A stretch of 64,000 nt of DNA from a virus. Shown piece by piece: positions 1 through 9,521 of this stretch; within the stretch, counting starts at the first letter, position 1, and each line of letters starts with the position of its first letter. Below the pieces are notes generated by a model, which ran no database searches, was not told the origin of the DNA, and was given only the letters and a program-made list of their open reading frames with translations. The stretch is taken from IMG/VR virus record IMGVR_UViG_3300021356_000002. One strand, given 5' to 3'. The position numbers and the translations under genes are program-made.

Positions 1-58
1 AGCCAAACACAGCCACGGCTTTGCGAATTCTTTGATGATAGAAGTACGTGCCGAACAT
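1..58 (-). CDS. gp15: Tail sheath stabilizer/terminator gp15, 5' end only (runs off window)
   Basis: Hand translation from ATG at 58: MFGTYFYHQRIRKAVAVFG, a typical gp15 N-terminus; overlaps the gp14 stop; T4 order 13-14-15. Confidence 0.8.
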   Translation of the reverse strand, partial: MFGTYFYHQRIRKAVAVFG

Positions 59-945
59 TATACAGGATCTCCAAACGGATTGGATTCAGAGAAATCGAGT
101 AATCCCGTTGCTTCAGTGTCGAAGTCTACATTCTGCGCACCTTCTTCTAGCACTTCTTGATTGACTACAGTTGGTTTTCCACCAATACCATCTTCGTTTT
201 CAATGCGATAGTCTGCACTGAATGTGTGATATACACCATCATCTGCGCCTGCGTGAGCAATATAGACTTTATACGACGAAGGAATCGAGGCATCGATCTT
301 TACAACATCACCTGTAATAGTAAAGCCATTTGGATTTGTCTGTGTCAGCGTGTCGCCCACTTCAAATTTACCTGTCATGGTTGCAAGATCAAATGTGACC
401 AGTCTCTGGAATGCTTGCTGTTCGATGTCATCGAGATCAAGACCCGTATCGAAATCTTCATCATTGTATTCGAAGAGTTCTGCACGAATTCTAAAGACAG
501 GCAAATCTTTTAACTGATAGAATGGATTCTCAGTCTCTACCTTTGTGATCTCAAAGAAAGAATCTGACAGTGTGAGATAGATCAGATCGCCCTCTCGTGG
601 ACGATACATGGGCTTGTCATCAGTATTTTCGTAAAATTGTACTTGACTTTTCCACCGACGCCGTGCTACAATAAACGTTGCGGCATCACGAATCTCTACA
701 CCAAACTTCGTAAACAAGTCGCCCTCACCGTCGAACCCTTCGACGTTTTCAATGTACATTTCTAATCGATAGGCATTATCAAAGCGCGAGGTCGAATCGT
801 CGCCAAAGACTGTATCTCTTTTGACTATCTCGCGAGGCAGGTAGTAAACATCTTGACCATAAATTTTAAGAGACTCGATGATTAAATCTTCATAGAGAAT
901 CTGTTCCGATGTCGCACCTTGTCTGAAATACCTATTCGTCGCCAT
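58..945 (-). CDS. gp14: Neck protein gp14
   Basis: LIIESLKIYGQDVYYLPR, GFDGEGDLFTKFG, RPREGDLIY and C-terminal DFSESNPFG motifs; follows gp13. Confidence 0.93.
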   Translation of the reverse strand: MATNRYFRQGATSEQILYEDLIIESLKIYGQDVYYLPREIVKRDTVFGDDSTSRFDNAYRLEMYIENVEGFDGEGDLFTKFGVEIRDAATFIVARRRWKSQVQFYENTDDKPMYRPREGDLIYLTLSDSFFEITKVETENPFYQLKDLPVFRIRAELFEYNDEDFDTGLDLDDIEQQAFQRLVTFDLATMTGKFEVGDTLTQTNPNGFTITGDVVKIDASIPSSYKVYIAHAGADDGVYHTFSADYRIENEDGIGGKPTVVNQEVLEEGAQNVDFDTEATGLLDFSESNPFGDPV

Positions 946-946
946 C

Positions 947-1702
947 TTACCCTACAAAGAAATCGACCGGAAGTTCTTGTTCGTTTCTCAGTTTCTCTTC
1001 AAGTCGTTCAATGTCGGCAGTCGCGTCTTCGTAGATTTGACGACCGTTCATCGTAACTCCACCAGGCAATTGCATGCCTTCGAATTTACTGAGATTGGCA
1101 CCCCATTGTTGTTTGATCAAAGCGGTCGTATAGTCTTTGATAAACATGTCATTGTAGATGCTCGTGTGCGTTTCAGGATCAATCGTCTGAAAAATTTCAG
1201 CAATCAGAAAATCACCTTCTTGCAAATCTTCGTCTTCAAAATCGCCGAAGATGTACAGACGATTCTGTCTCCGCGAGAACGTTACTTGAGGATGACCATG
1301 CAACTGCATATCGATCATACTTAAGTACTGTTCCATTTGATACAGATAGGCTAAGTCACCAGCAAAGTTGATGAAGTCGCCCATATTGTTTAAAAACATT
1401 TGGTAGCGAATATCGAAAAGATTGCCTGAGGTGCTGAATGTAGTTGAGATCGGAAATACTTTCGAAACAAAAATAATGTCAGACGAAATAGGAATGTACT
1501 TGTTCGTCACATCGTCCGCAGTAATCTCGTGTTTCAGATAAGTTCGAATCGTGGCATCACTGTGAAACTCTTGATATTTTTGAATTGCATCATCTACCTT
1601 ATCTTCGATCTGGTCAACGTCCACATTGATTTCAAGCACAGGCTCTCCGAGTCTGCGCAAGCAAAAATCAATCAGGTCGTTGCGTGTTGTAGGTGATGCC
1701 AT
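947..1702 (-). CDS. gp13: Neck protein gp13
   Basis: LIDFCLRRLGEPVLEINVD and KQQWGANLSKFEGMQLPGGVTMNG motifs. Confidence 0.95.
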   Translation of the reverse strand: MASPTTRNDLIDFCLRRLGEPVLEINVDVDQIEDKVDDAIQKYQEFHSDATIRTYLKHEITADDVTNKYIPISSDIIFVSKVFPISTTFSTSGNLFDIRYQMFLNNMGDFINFAGDLAYLYQMEQYLSMIDMQLHGHPQVTFSRRQNRLYIFGDFEDEDLQEGDFLIAEIFQTIDPETHTSIYNDMFIKDYTTALIKQQWGANLSKFEGMQLPGGVTMNGRQIYEDATADIERLEEKLRNEQELPVDFFVG

Positions 1703-1714
1703 TGATTTCTCCTA

Positions 1715-2941
1715 TTAGCCCCAAAGCACAAGTCCAGCAGAATCATAGATTACTAGTCTGAAGCCTTGTTCGTCTCGGAGTGCACCTTGGAATTGCAAGT
1801 CACCTCCAATAGATGCACTGTCAACTGTCGTGAGTTTCTGAACGGTAATTGGCTGATCAGTAGAGTCACCACGTCTTGTTACAGTTTGCAGTGTATCTGT
1901 TTCTGAGTCAAGAAGAGAAAGACCGCCTAAGTTTCTAAAACGTACCTGATCAGAATCGTTCAGAACCAAGAATCGAGTAACGCCTTCTTGCGAATCAAGT
2001 TGGTTCAGTTCAAGACGACCAACACTAATTCTGTCTAGACCAGGATTGTATGTGAATTGAATATCGGTATTGATACTGTCGATGCCGATATAATCACGTA
2101 CGAATAATGGATGATATTCGTTACTGTCATTGACATTGACAACTTGCACTTGCTTCGACGCTAATGCACCTTCTGCACTATCACCCGAAGGATCGCCTGC
2201 AACTACTTCGCCTGTAATTTCGTCAAGATAAAGAACTAAAGTTGTCTGTCTGTTTTCAACGTTCTTAAGAATCAACGTGTTGTTGATCTCAACGGTAGAG
2301 TCAAAGATGGTTGCTTTGTTTAGATTCCACGTATCGCTGGCGGCTTTGTAGTAAATTTGTGCGTTTGCACCAGCAACTGTAATACCTGCACTGTCTGCGG
2401 CTGCCGCACTTAGGGCACTGTCAGCCAGTACAATGTTCTTGTCGTTAATAGACAGTTCTGTTGAGTTAATCGTGGTAGTTGTGCCGTTGACCTGAAGATC
2501 ACCACCGACAATTAATCGACCAGAAATGAAAGCACTGTCAGCAATGACTCTGCCAACATCGATTGCGTTTGTTGTAGTATTACCACGAGCCGTAACTGTA
2601 TCGAGTGTGTCTTCTTCAAAAAAGGCTTCAGACAATTTTTTAACAGCAACACTATCAAGTGTGCCGTCGAAAGGATCGCCTTTGACGAATAGAGCATATA
2701 GCGAAGCAGAATCAGCAGAATCAAGCGAGCCGGGTTTGAAAGCAAGACCGCCCAGCGCAAGTTCGTCGGTCAGTACTCTAGTACCGTCGACCAAAGAAGT
2801 GACTACGGCGCCATCGGAGTCAGGGCGCCCAAAATTTGCTTCCGCTTGATCTAGCGTGATATAAAGAAAGCGATCAGAATCTAACTGACTCGGGTCTCTT
2901 ACCTTTACACGTCCGCTAACGTGTTCTATTCGTTTAGCCAT
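1715..2941 (-). CDS. Virion structural/fibre-like protein, Asp-Ser rich
   Basis: GDLQVNGTTTTINST and DTLDTVTARGNTT fibre-type motifs; inside the late module; 18 DS dipeptides in 408 aa. Confidence 0.7.
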   Translation of the reverse strand: MAKRIEHVSGRVKVRDPSQLDSDRFLYITLDQAEANFGRPDSDGAVVTSLVDGTRVLTDELALGGLAFKPGSLDSADSASLYALFVKGDPFDGTLDSVAVKKLSEAFFEEDTLDTVTARGNTTTNAIDVGRVIADSAFISGRLIVGGDLQVNGTTTTINSTELSINDKNIVLADSALSAAAADSAGITVAGANAQIYYKAASDTWNLNKATIFDSTVEINNTLILKNVENRQTTLVLYLDEITGEVVAGDPSGDSAEGALASKQVQVVNVNDSNEYHPLFVRDYIGIDSINTDIQFTYNPGLDRISVGRLELNQLDSQEGVTRFLVLNDSDQVRFRNLGGLSLLDSETDTLQTVTRRGDSTDQPITVQKLTTVDSASIGGDLQFQGALRDEQGFRLVIYDSAGLVLWG

Positions 2942-3302
2942 TTAGAGATTCCAGATAACTTAATACTAGTTTGAGTTTGCCGCTTGAGCCAGTAGAGCCC
3001 GAGCATCTAACTCTATTTGTTTCTTCTACGATCAATTTACCAGTAATTACACCAACAGCGTCTTTTGGCAGAACAGGAAGATCCTTCACAAGTTCTGTGT
3101 TCAAAACTTCGTCACGATCATAGTGAGTGAACGTTACGGTGTGTTCAGCAGAATCGAGATTCGCGATCTGCGCCATAAGCACAATCGCTGTAATCCCCTG
3201 CGGAACAACGTAGATGACATCGCTATCCCCGGTAAATCCACCAGGAGGTTCCTCTGGAACTACCGCAGTTGTCGTTTTAAATGTATTTAGTGGGATAGCC
3301 AT
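2934..3302 (-). CDS. Small virion structural protein
   Basis: MAIPLNTFKT...IYVVPQGITAIVLMAQIAN...LVLSYLESLNG, a type familiar from marine T4-like structural modules; coupled to its neighbours. Confidence 0.65.
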   Translation of the reverse strand: MAIPLNTFKTTTAVVPEEPPGGFTGDSDVIYVVPQGITAIVLMAQIANLDSAEHTVTFTHYDRDEVLNTELVKDLPVLPKDAVGVITGKLIVEETNRVRCSGSTGSSGKLKLVLSYLESLNG

Positions 3303-3305
3303 TTA

Positions 3306-6300
3306 TCAACCCTCTAGTGCTAGAATGTATGGTGTTAAGATTGCGTACAACGATCTTTCGAACGTCTCGCCCTCGATTCGACCAGCCTGTCTACGAATCG
3401 TCAATTCGGAGCCGATTCTAAAGTCACCAAGTTGATCGGTACTTGTGAATACAACCAAGCCTTCGTTCGTTTCTGAATCGAAGATAACTTCTTTTGTTGC
3501 ATCAGGAATACCACCATTCTGAGGAATGGCAGTAAATGTGTTTGTGCCTGAACCCACATATTCGAACGTGTGGGACGATGACGTAATCACAGAACGTTGT
3601 CTAAACGCGACTCTCTGATTGCGTATCATGTCTTGGTTCAATGGTGGTTCAAACGTAAGATTGTATACACCAGGAGCAACTGAATCGACACCAAGAACCG
3701 TATAAAAATAGTTCTCAGAATCGAACTTCATTGCATCGCCATAGTTTGGCTTTCTATATGATCCGTATACGTTGAGCCAGTCTGAAGAGTCGAGGTTGGT
3801 AACCTCATTAACTTGAATTACATCATCAAACTTCAGATGATCAGAATCGAGTATGCCGTCATAAAGAATCGGACTACTACCAGATGCAACTAGACCTCTA
3901 TCACCGAAACTTGAGTTAGAGTTTGTGATCGAACATTGACCACCAGTTTCGGCTAAGATAGATGTTCCTGTCGAAATCGTAAAGATCGATACTAGCTGTG
4001 CGTAACCACGATTCAGTAGATACGTTCCAATACCAGCCGCGTTGTACTGAGTAAATGCGTCAGATACCATCGAACGCAGACCCCACGCTTTTGAACCATC
4101 GATCTTCATACCAACACCGTCTGTGGTGATAGAAGTACAGTTCTGCACGTAAGGTGACTGAATGATGAACGGACCTGCTCTTGCAGAATCAACATTTGGG
4201 TTAAACGCAACGCAAGCCGCACCACTTTGATGATCTTTAAACGTAATGTCTTTTAAGAAACAACCGCTCTTGACATAGAACAGATCGGAGTCTACGCTTC
4301 TAGGTCGAATCGTGGTCGTTCTTAAGTTATCACCAACGATAGCGACTTTCTCAGGCAACTGAATTGGATTGTTGATTACGTAATCGCCCGACTTCAGATA
4401 TACTACGATATCATTAGTAGCATTACCTCTTTGAACCGATTGCTCAATGATAAGAGGACGTTCGTCATTGATTGCTTTAATTGCCGTTCTAAGTTCAGCA
4501 CTTACGCCTCTAGCCGCTAAACTAGGCTCTTGAACTGAATCAAGCGCATCTAAGTCGCCGTCTTGAATAATAGTGATTAGATTGTCTAATAGATCGTTGG
4601 TAACCTGTGCTTCTGTTGCAGTCGAGTATTGACCACCATTACCAGTAGTGTCAGGACCAGGGAATGCACCAGGATAAGTTCCACCTGAGTACAGATTTGT
4701 AGACAGGCTGTTAGAAAGCAACTCGTCTACGATCTGCTTCAAGTGCTGATAGGTCGTAGCAGTAGCCACAACCTCTGGATCACCTGCACTGTCACCCAAC
4801 TGATTCGTACCAAACGAGTAGTATGCACGTTTGACGATATCAGTAGCAAAGTTACCACCGTATAGTACGTCAAACGTCAGACCATCGACGATAAAGCCAA
4901 CGTCTCTCTTACATCTTACTCGGTCATAAGTTGCAGGACCATTTTGATCAGACCATGCAATCGTGCCCGCTTTCAAATCGGCAGAATCAGCCAAGATCAA
5001 ATTGTAAGATGCAGTCGTTGTTCCGCTAATGCCTGTGAAATCTGGATAGACCAAATCTCTTAATACATTATCGTTATTCGCTTCTAATACTTCATTAATG
5101 ATTTCAATGAGGTCGTCAACACGTGCTTGCTCAGTTGAAGTTGTTACATACGTGTTTACGATATTTTTGAGTTCGTCGTATGCCGCAATCGTAGGCAATC
5201 TCTCTGAGTCACTACCCAACTGATTTACTGCGTTTGAGTAATAAGCATCTGCACTTCTACGCGACTGGTAGTTACCACCGTACAGTACATCGTGCGTTAG
5301 ACCATCTAGAATATAGTCAACGTCTCGCTCACACTTAGTAGTATCATACGTAAGATCGGGATATACACTGTCAAGGAACGCAATCGTAGAGGCGATAATC
5401 GCAGTTTTGTTTGATTGAATTGCTGTGGCAGCCGCTTGCTGATTTGCCGAAGATGCTGGTGCCGCAGGGAATGTAAGTGTGTCTCTGTTCTCAAGACCAT
5501 TTGCAAGAATATCATTGATCTCTGCAATACTAGCATTAATACTTACACGTGAATTCGAATCGATAGCCAGTTCACCGATCAATCGACCTAGTTCGTTGAT
5601 TGCGCCAACGGTACCATCTAACTGCTGTCCGATTACTTTCTGTGTTGATACTGTTGCTCTGTAATAAGAAGAACCCGCAACAACACTGTTAACGTTTGTG
5701 CCGAGCATCAAATCAAGAGTCACAGCATCAATGATAAAACCTGTGTCACGTGAACACAACGTACGATCATACGTTAATGCTGGGAAGTTTTCTGCAATGT
5801 ATTGTACAAGTTCAGCCTTCAAATATTCTCTGTTGTTCTGAAGAATGACTGCGGCATCATCTGCGTCTGTTGTAGGCAAGACAACTGGCACTGGATACTC
5901 AACCGAGTCAGCAAAATTTTCTGTACTCTGAGTGCCGTTGACGAAAATGTCAACAACTTCCGACCAGTGTCTATTATTTCTTTCTACTGCACCGTCATAA
6001 CCAGTGCTGAGTTTTACTTCAGGAATAGAGAAGATGGCGCCTTTCGCTTCGTTGAAGGCACCTCTCGTTGCAGAAATCTGTTCATCAAGAACTTTGTTGG
6101 CTCCCGCTCTTTGATACGAAAGACCAGATGTCACTGCGTTATAGTTTGTTCCGAAAGCAATATCGAACTGCAAGCCATCTAAGATCAGATTTAAGTCGCG
6201 TTCACAAGTTGCTTCGTCAAATTCGAATTCTTGGATATCAGTAATAACACTGACGGCTGAATCGATAGTTTGAAATGCATCGCCAAGGGAAGTACCCAAG

Positions 6301-6512
6301 TTGCCAGGCTTTCCTCCCTTAGACACATAAAAGACTCTTGGCGTAGGATCGTCACCAACTTGAACGATGTCAACAACGCCATCTCGATCTTGCTTGATGA
6401 ACATCTTACCATCATGCGTGTTGATGGCAATTTCACCAAGATCAATATCGGCAATGCCCGGGCGCCTTAGCGGGACATCCGTCTTTTTATGGATAATTTT
6501 TGTTATTGCCAT
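3306..6512 (-). CDS. Large virion structural protein with four CxRD (phycobiliprotein-like) helical repeats inserted in a beta-helix-type scaffold
   Basis: N-terminal GEIAINTHDGKMF; FYVSKGG...G.SLGDAFQTI; four repeats C-x-R-D-h-x-[LFY]-I-h-D-[GA]; C-terminal SGDY..NNPI, QSPYVQNCTS, SMVSDAFTQ, SHTFEYVGSG. Confidence 0.75.
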   Translation of the reverse strand: MAITKIIHKKTDVPLRRPGIADIDLGEIAINTHDGKMFIKQDRDGVVDIVQVGDDPTPRVFYVSKGGKPGNLGTSLGDAFQTIDSAVSVITDIQEFEFDEATCERDLNLILDGLQFDIAFGTNYNAVTSGLSYQRAGANKVLDEQISATRGAFNEAKGAIFSIPEVKLSTGYDGAVERNNRHWSEVVDIFVNGTQSTENFADSVEYPVPVVLPTTDADDAAVILQNNREYLKAELVQYIAENFPALTYDRTLCSRDTGFIIDAVTLDLMLGTNVNSVVAGSSYYRATVSTQKVIGQQLDGTVGAINELGRLIGELAIDSNSRVSINASIAEINDILANGLENRDTLTFPAAPASSANQQAAATAIQSNKTAIIASTIAFLDSVYPDLTYDTTKCERDVDYILDGLTHDVLYGGNYQSRRSADAYYSNAVNQLGSDSERLPTIAAYDELKNIVNTYVTTSTEQARVDDLIEIINEVLEANNDNVLRDLVYPDFTGISGTTTASYNLILADSADLKAGTIAWSDQNGPATYDRVRCKRDVGFIVDGLTFDVLYGGNFATDIVKRAYYSFGTNQLGDSAGDPEVVATATTYQHLKQIVDELLSNSLSTNLYSGGTYPGAFPGPDTTGNGGQYSTATEAQVTNDLLDNLITIIQDGDLDALDSVQEPSLAARGVSAELRTAIKAINDERPLIIEQSVQRGNATNDIVVYLKSGDYVINNPIQLPEKVAIVGDNLRTTTIRPRSVDSDLFYVKSGCFLKDITFKDHQSGAACVAFNPNVDSARAGPFIIQSPYVQNCTSITTDGVGMKIDGSKAWGLRSMVSDAFTQYNAAGIGTYLLNRGYAQLVSIFTISTGTSILAETGGQCSITNSNSSFGDRGLVASGSSPILYDGILDSDHLKFDDVIQVNEVTNLDSSDWLNVYGSYRKPNYGDAMKFDSENYFYTVLGVDSVAPGVYNLTFEPPLNQDMIRNQRVAFRQRSVITSSSHTFEYVGSGTNTFTAIPQNGGIPDATKEVIFDSETNEGLVVFTSTDQLGDFRIGSELTIRRQAGRIEGETFERSLYAILTPYILALEG
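4850..6215 (-). repeat. Four protein-level repeats of ~140-150 aa centred on CxRD
   Basis: CERDLNLILDG (Cys ~6205), CSRDTGFIIDA (~5755), CERDVDYILDG (~5332), CKRDVGFIVDG (~4912); spacing 150, 141 and 140 aa. Confidence 0.9.
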
Positions 6513-6547
6513 GTTAAGTCTCTATCCTATCCATATTGCTGTATTTA

Positions 6548-7699
6548 TTAAAAGTCGCCGCCTTCGAATTCCAACAGTGAAACCTGCCCGTTAGAATCGA
6601 TAGTGAACTGTGCAGAATCGAAAAACGCTACGCCAGGCGTAGTTGAAGTAGCCGTTGGAACTGAAATGGTTAATTTGTCGCTATCGTCTGCGTATGTTAA
6701 AATGATAGCCTGACCTGCACGTAACAATTGGAACACATCGCTGTCAATAAACTCGCTTAGTGTTCTTTCACCAATATTGACTTCACCATTGAACGTTGCA
6801 GTAGAATCGAATGTAGTTGTACCTTGAATCGTTAATGCGCCAGGAATATCAAGGCTTGAATCGATTCTAAGATTATTGACGATAGCAGAGTCGAGTGTAG
6901 TAAGTCCTGATACATCGAGCGTATCATCAAATACACCAGCACCACTTACAGTGATTTTACCAGCAAAGGTAGCACTGTCGTTGAATGCGGCTAAACCTAA
7001 AACACTTAAATTACTATCGACTGTGAGATTATCAACGTTGATACGATCAGCAATAATCTCTACGATGGTTTGTGTGCCAAGCACTTGCAGATCGTTAAAG
7101 ATTGCAGAATCAGATACCGTCAGTCTACCCAGCGTAGCACTGTCTAAATCGATTGAACCGGCTTTTAATTCGTTGACTTTACCTTCGGAGTCTGTTATAA
7201 TAGCACTAGAAGCAGTTAGTACACCATGTGGATGATTCAGTAGATCAGTAAAATACTTACCACCGATTACATCAATGCGTTCTGCTTGTAGTACGCCCGC
7301 AACTGACGAATCGCCGCCAGCACCAATGAACAGACGATCACCGCCTAAGCCGAAGCCATCTGCGGAACTACCAGAGTCTGAAAGATATGAGTATGCTAAT
7401 TCACCTGTTCTTAAAACAAGTGGATCGCCCTGAGTGCCCGAGCGACGAATAAGAATCTGTGCACGATCTGAGTCAGATGGATAAACACGCCCATCGACGA
7501 TCTGCTTTCGAAGTGTTAGTGTGGCTTTCCAGTTACCTGACGCCGAGTCGTATTCGAAGAGTGAACCGTCTACTGCACCCGATGTGACAAGACCTGTGAT
7601 TGCATCAATGTCGGCACTAGCAGAAATAACAGCAGTACGATATGGAGTACCGTACGTTATCTTGCTTACTAATGTCCTGTTTCCTACTTGTACTGACAT
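6548..7699 (-). CDS. Virion fibre-like structural protein, Asp-Ser rich
   Basis: IRRSGT...GELAYSY...GGDRLFIG...VIGGKYFTD motif of marine T4-like fibre proteins; 16 DS in 383 aa. Confidence 0.7.
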   Translation of the reverse strand: MSVQVGNRTLVSKITYGTPYRTAVISASADIDAITGLVTSGAVDGSLFEYDSASGNWKATLTLRKQIVDGRVYPSDSDRAQILIRRSGTQGDPLVLRTGELAYSYLSDSGSSADGFGLGGDRLFIGAGGDSSVAGVLQAERIDVIGGKYFTDLLNHPHGVLTASSAIITDSEGKVNELKAGSIDLDSATLGRLTVSDSAIFNDLQVLGTQTIVEIIADRINVDNLTVDSNLSVLGLAAFNDSATFAGKITVSGAGVFDDTLDVSGLTTLDSAIVNNLRIDSSLDIPGALTIQGTTTFDSTATFNGEVNIGERTLSEFIDSDVFQLLRAGQAIILTYADDSDKLTISVPTATSTTPGVAFFDSAQFTIDSNGQVSLLEFEGGDF

Positions 7700-7706
7700 A
7701 CTGACC

Positions 7707-8060
7707 TCATGTTACCGAAGGCGTTACTGTTATAAGTCCTTCAAGAACTCTTTCTACGATAGTGTTGGCATCGCTATCTTGATATGAGATTTCCATATCA
7801 TAGACATATTTTCTCTTACTATTTAGCGTATCTGTGACGGTGTTTGTCAAAGATAAGTTAACGATACCTGCGGTCGGAGGAACAGTGACATAAGCGTCGA
7901 ATGAAATTTTGTCAGAACTGTCAACATCATATCGCGTACTCATTTTAGCCGCGGCTGAATAGCCTGACAAATCTTTTGCCGAACCATCGATGTTCGTAAG
8001 ATACACGTCCAGGGAAACGTCTGTTCCCTGATCGATAGTTAATTCTTCATACCTTGCCAT
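7707..8060 (-). CDS. Small structural protein (BppU N-terminal-like beta sandwich)
   Basis: LTIDQG.D...DLSGYSAAAKM...G.V.LSL...KYVYD.EI...RVLEG.ITVTPSVT; late promoter upstream. Confidence 0.65.
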   Translation of the reverse strand: MARYEELTIDQGTDVSLDVYLTNIDGSAKDLSGYSAAAKMSTRYDVDSSDKISFDAYVTVPPTAGIVNLSLTNTVTDTLNSKRKYVYDMEISYQDSDANTIVERVLEGLITVTPSVT

Positions 8061-8093
8061 AAGTCTCTAACCTAAAAATGAATCTTATGGCTC

Positions 8094-8101
8094 TATTTAT
8101 A
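8094..8101 (-). promoter_or_regulatory. T4-type late promoter TATAAATA
   Basis: Exact TATAAATA on minus strand ~34 nt upstream of the ATG at 8060; gp33 present in window. Confidence 0.85.
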
Positions 8102-8106
8102 ATAAT

Positions 8107-8787
8107 TTAGGCGTGAATGTCTTCAATAATCCAATCTTGCATTCCTACAGCCATCTCTGATCTGTCGAGTACAAATGCAACTGTCATACGTAAACCTGTG
8201 TCCCCGTTCCGTGCTGTATGATATACCAGCTTCTCTTCAGGATCTTCGTATGCACCAAAGTAACCAACTTTACATTGCCAGCCTTTTTTATCAGGTATTG
8301 TTACCATTTCTTTCTTTTCATTGTCCCAGTGCTTCCACCAGCCGTCGCCAGTTTCGCTCCAAGTAAACACACAATTGAATGCTGAAGCATTCGCATTGTT
8401 GTGCCAAGAAATATATCCACCTGGCGGATAAACCGCAAATAGAGCATTACGTTTCAAATTGAACGTAGTTTGTATTTTTTGTAAAAACGCTTCCTGTTTT
8501 AGAGAGACTTCAGGAATTTTTGCTTGCGAAACTTTCTCTTTAGAGAAATGCATTTGTCCGATACCAAAGCCATGCGACACAACAACTTCTGGAAATCCAC
8601 CGTGACCCATACCTTGTGACTTAATAAGTTTAAAATATGCATCACCTGTATAATAGTCGGCGTCTTCTTTATTATGTTTGTCGGCTTTTGTCTTTACGAC
8701 AGCCTCGTAATTTTTATCTCTGGTAAACCAAAGTGCATCGTTCAAAATGTCGATAGCAAAATCGTTTAACGGTATGTCTCTCATCAA
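8107..8787 (-). CDS. Putative 2OG-Fe(II) oxygenase-like (DSBH) protein
   Basis: YPPGGYISWHNN...YHTA...RMTVAF pattern; H-x-N in place of the usual H-x-D. Confidence 0.55.
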   Translation of the reverse strand: MMRDIPLNDFAIDILNDALWFTRDKNYEAVVKTKADKHNKEDADYYTGDAYFKLIKSQGMGHGGFPEVVVSHGFGIGQMHFSKEKVSQAKIPEVSLKQEAFLQKIQTTFNLKRNALFAVYPPGGYISWHNNANASAFNCVFTWSETGDGWWKHWDNEKKEMVTIPDKKGWQCKVGYFGAYEDPEEKLVYHTARNGDTGLRMTVAFVLDRSEMAVGMQDWIIEDIHA

Positions 8788-9521
8788 AACTCCATGTGCT
8801 TCGCTTCCGAAGCAGAATAATGTCTAATAACAACAGGCTTCTTGTTGTGAGCATATTTATAGCGCGAGAAATAGTTCCATCTGGCATCATCTTCAAAAAT
8901 GCCCACTTTCAAGTCTTGATACTTTGGCTCTTTGTTTACAAGCCACCAAAGAGAAAACTGATCCCATCGTGACAATGATTTAGGATGAGTTTCATAATCT
9001 GCTTCGCCTTTTTCATTTATTGGCCACCATGTACCAGCATACTGTCGTACAGTGAGATCATACCAATCGTCCATAAACTCACGTACCAATGGATTGCGCA
9101 TGTCATACAGACAGACTGCTCCGCATAGTTCGAACTGACCACCAGGCCATTTTAGTTCTGCATAACAGTAAGAGCGTTCTTCGGGCAGACCAGTGTACAT
9201 CACATCATAGCCATTCAGTTCGTCAAAGACATGTTCAATGTCTTCATGCTCGACCTCAGTGTCGGCGTCAATGTAAAATGTAATATCCCACGGTGATTTT
9301 GCCATACCCCAAAGCTTGGCTCGCTTGTGATCGTTGCAGAAAATTATTTCGTCTGCGAGTCTTCGTCCTCGATCATCAAGAAATCTTTCTTCGCAGACCA
9401 AACAAATATTTGCGTCAGGATAGAAATCCCGAATTGAGTCCATTAAATTACATGCAGAAGCATAAAAGAAACTTCGCCGTGACGCAACGATTACGTAACC
9501 TTTAGTTGGCTCCTGCGTCAT
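8784..9521 (-). CDS. GT-A fold glycosyltransferase (GT8-like)
   Basis: KLWGMAKSPWDITFYIDADT (DxD), WDQFSLW, RWNY...IRHYS; probable start MTQEPTK. Confidence 0.7.
   Translation of the reverse strand: MTQEPTKGYVIVASRRSFFYASACNLMDSIRDFYPDANICLVCEERFLDDRGRRLADEIIFCNDHKRAKLWGMAKSPWDITFYIDADTEVEHEDIEHVFDELNGYDVMYTGLPEERSYCYAELKWPGGQFELCGAVCLYDMRNPLVREFMDDWYDLTVRQYAGTWWPINEKGEADYETHPKSLSRWDQFSLWWLVNKEPKYQDLKVGIFEDDARWNYFSRYKYAHNKKPVVIRHYSASEAKHMEF
8854..8861 (-). promoter_or_regulatory. Possible late promoter TATAAATA inside the GT gene
   Basis: Exact match ~67 nt upstream of the oxygenase-like gene start. Confidence 0.45.
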
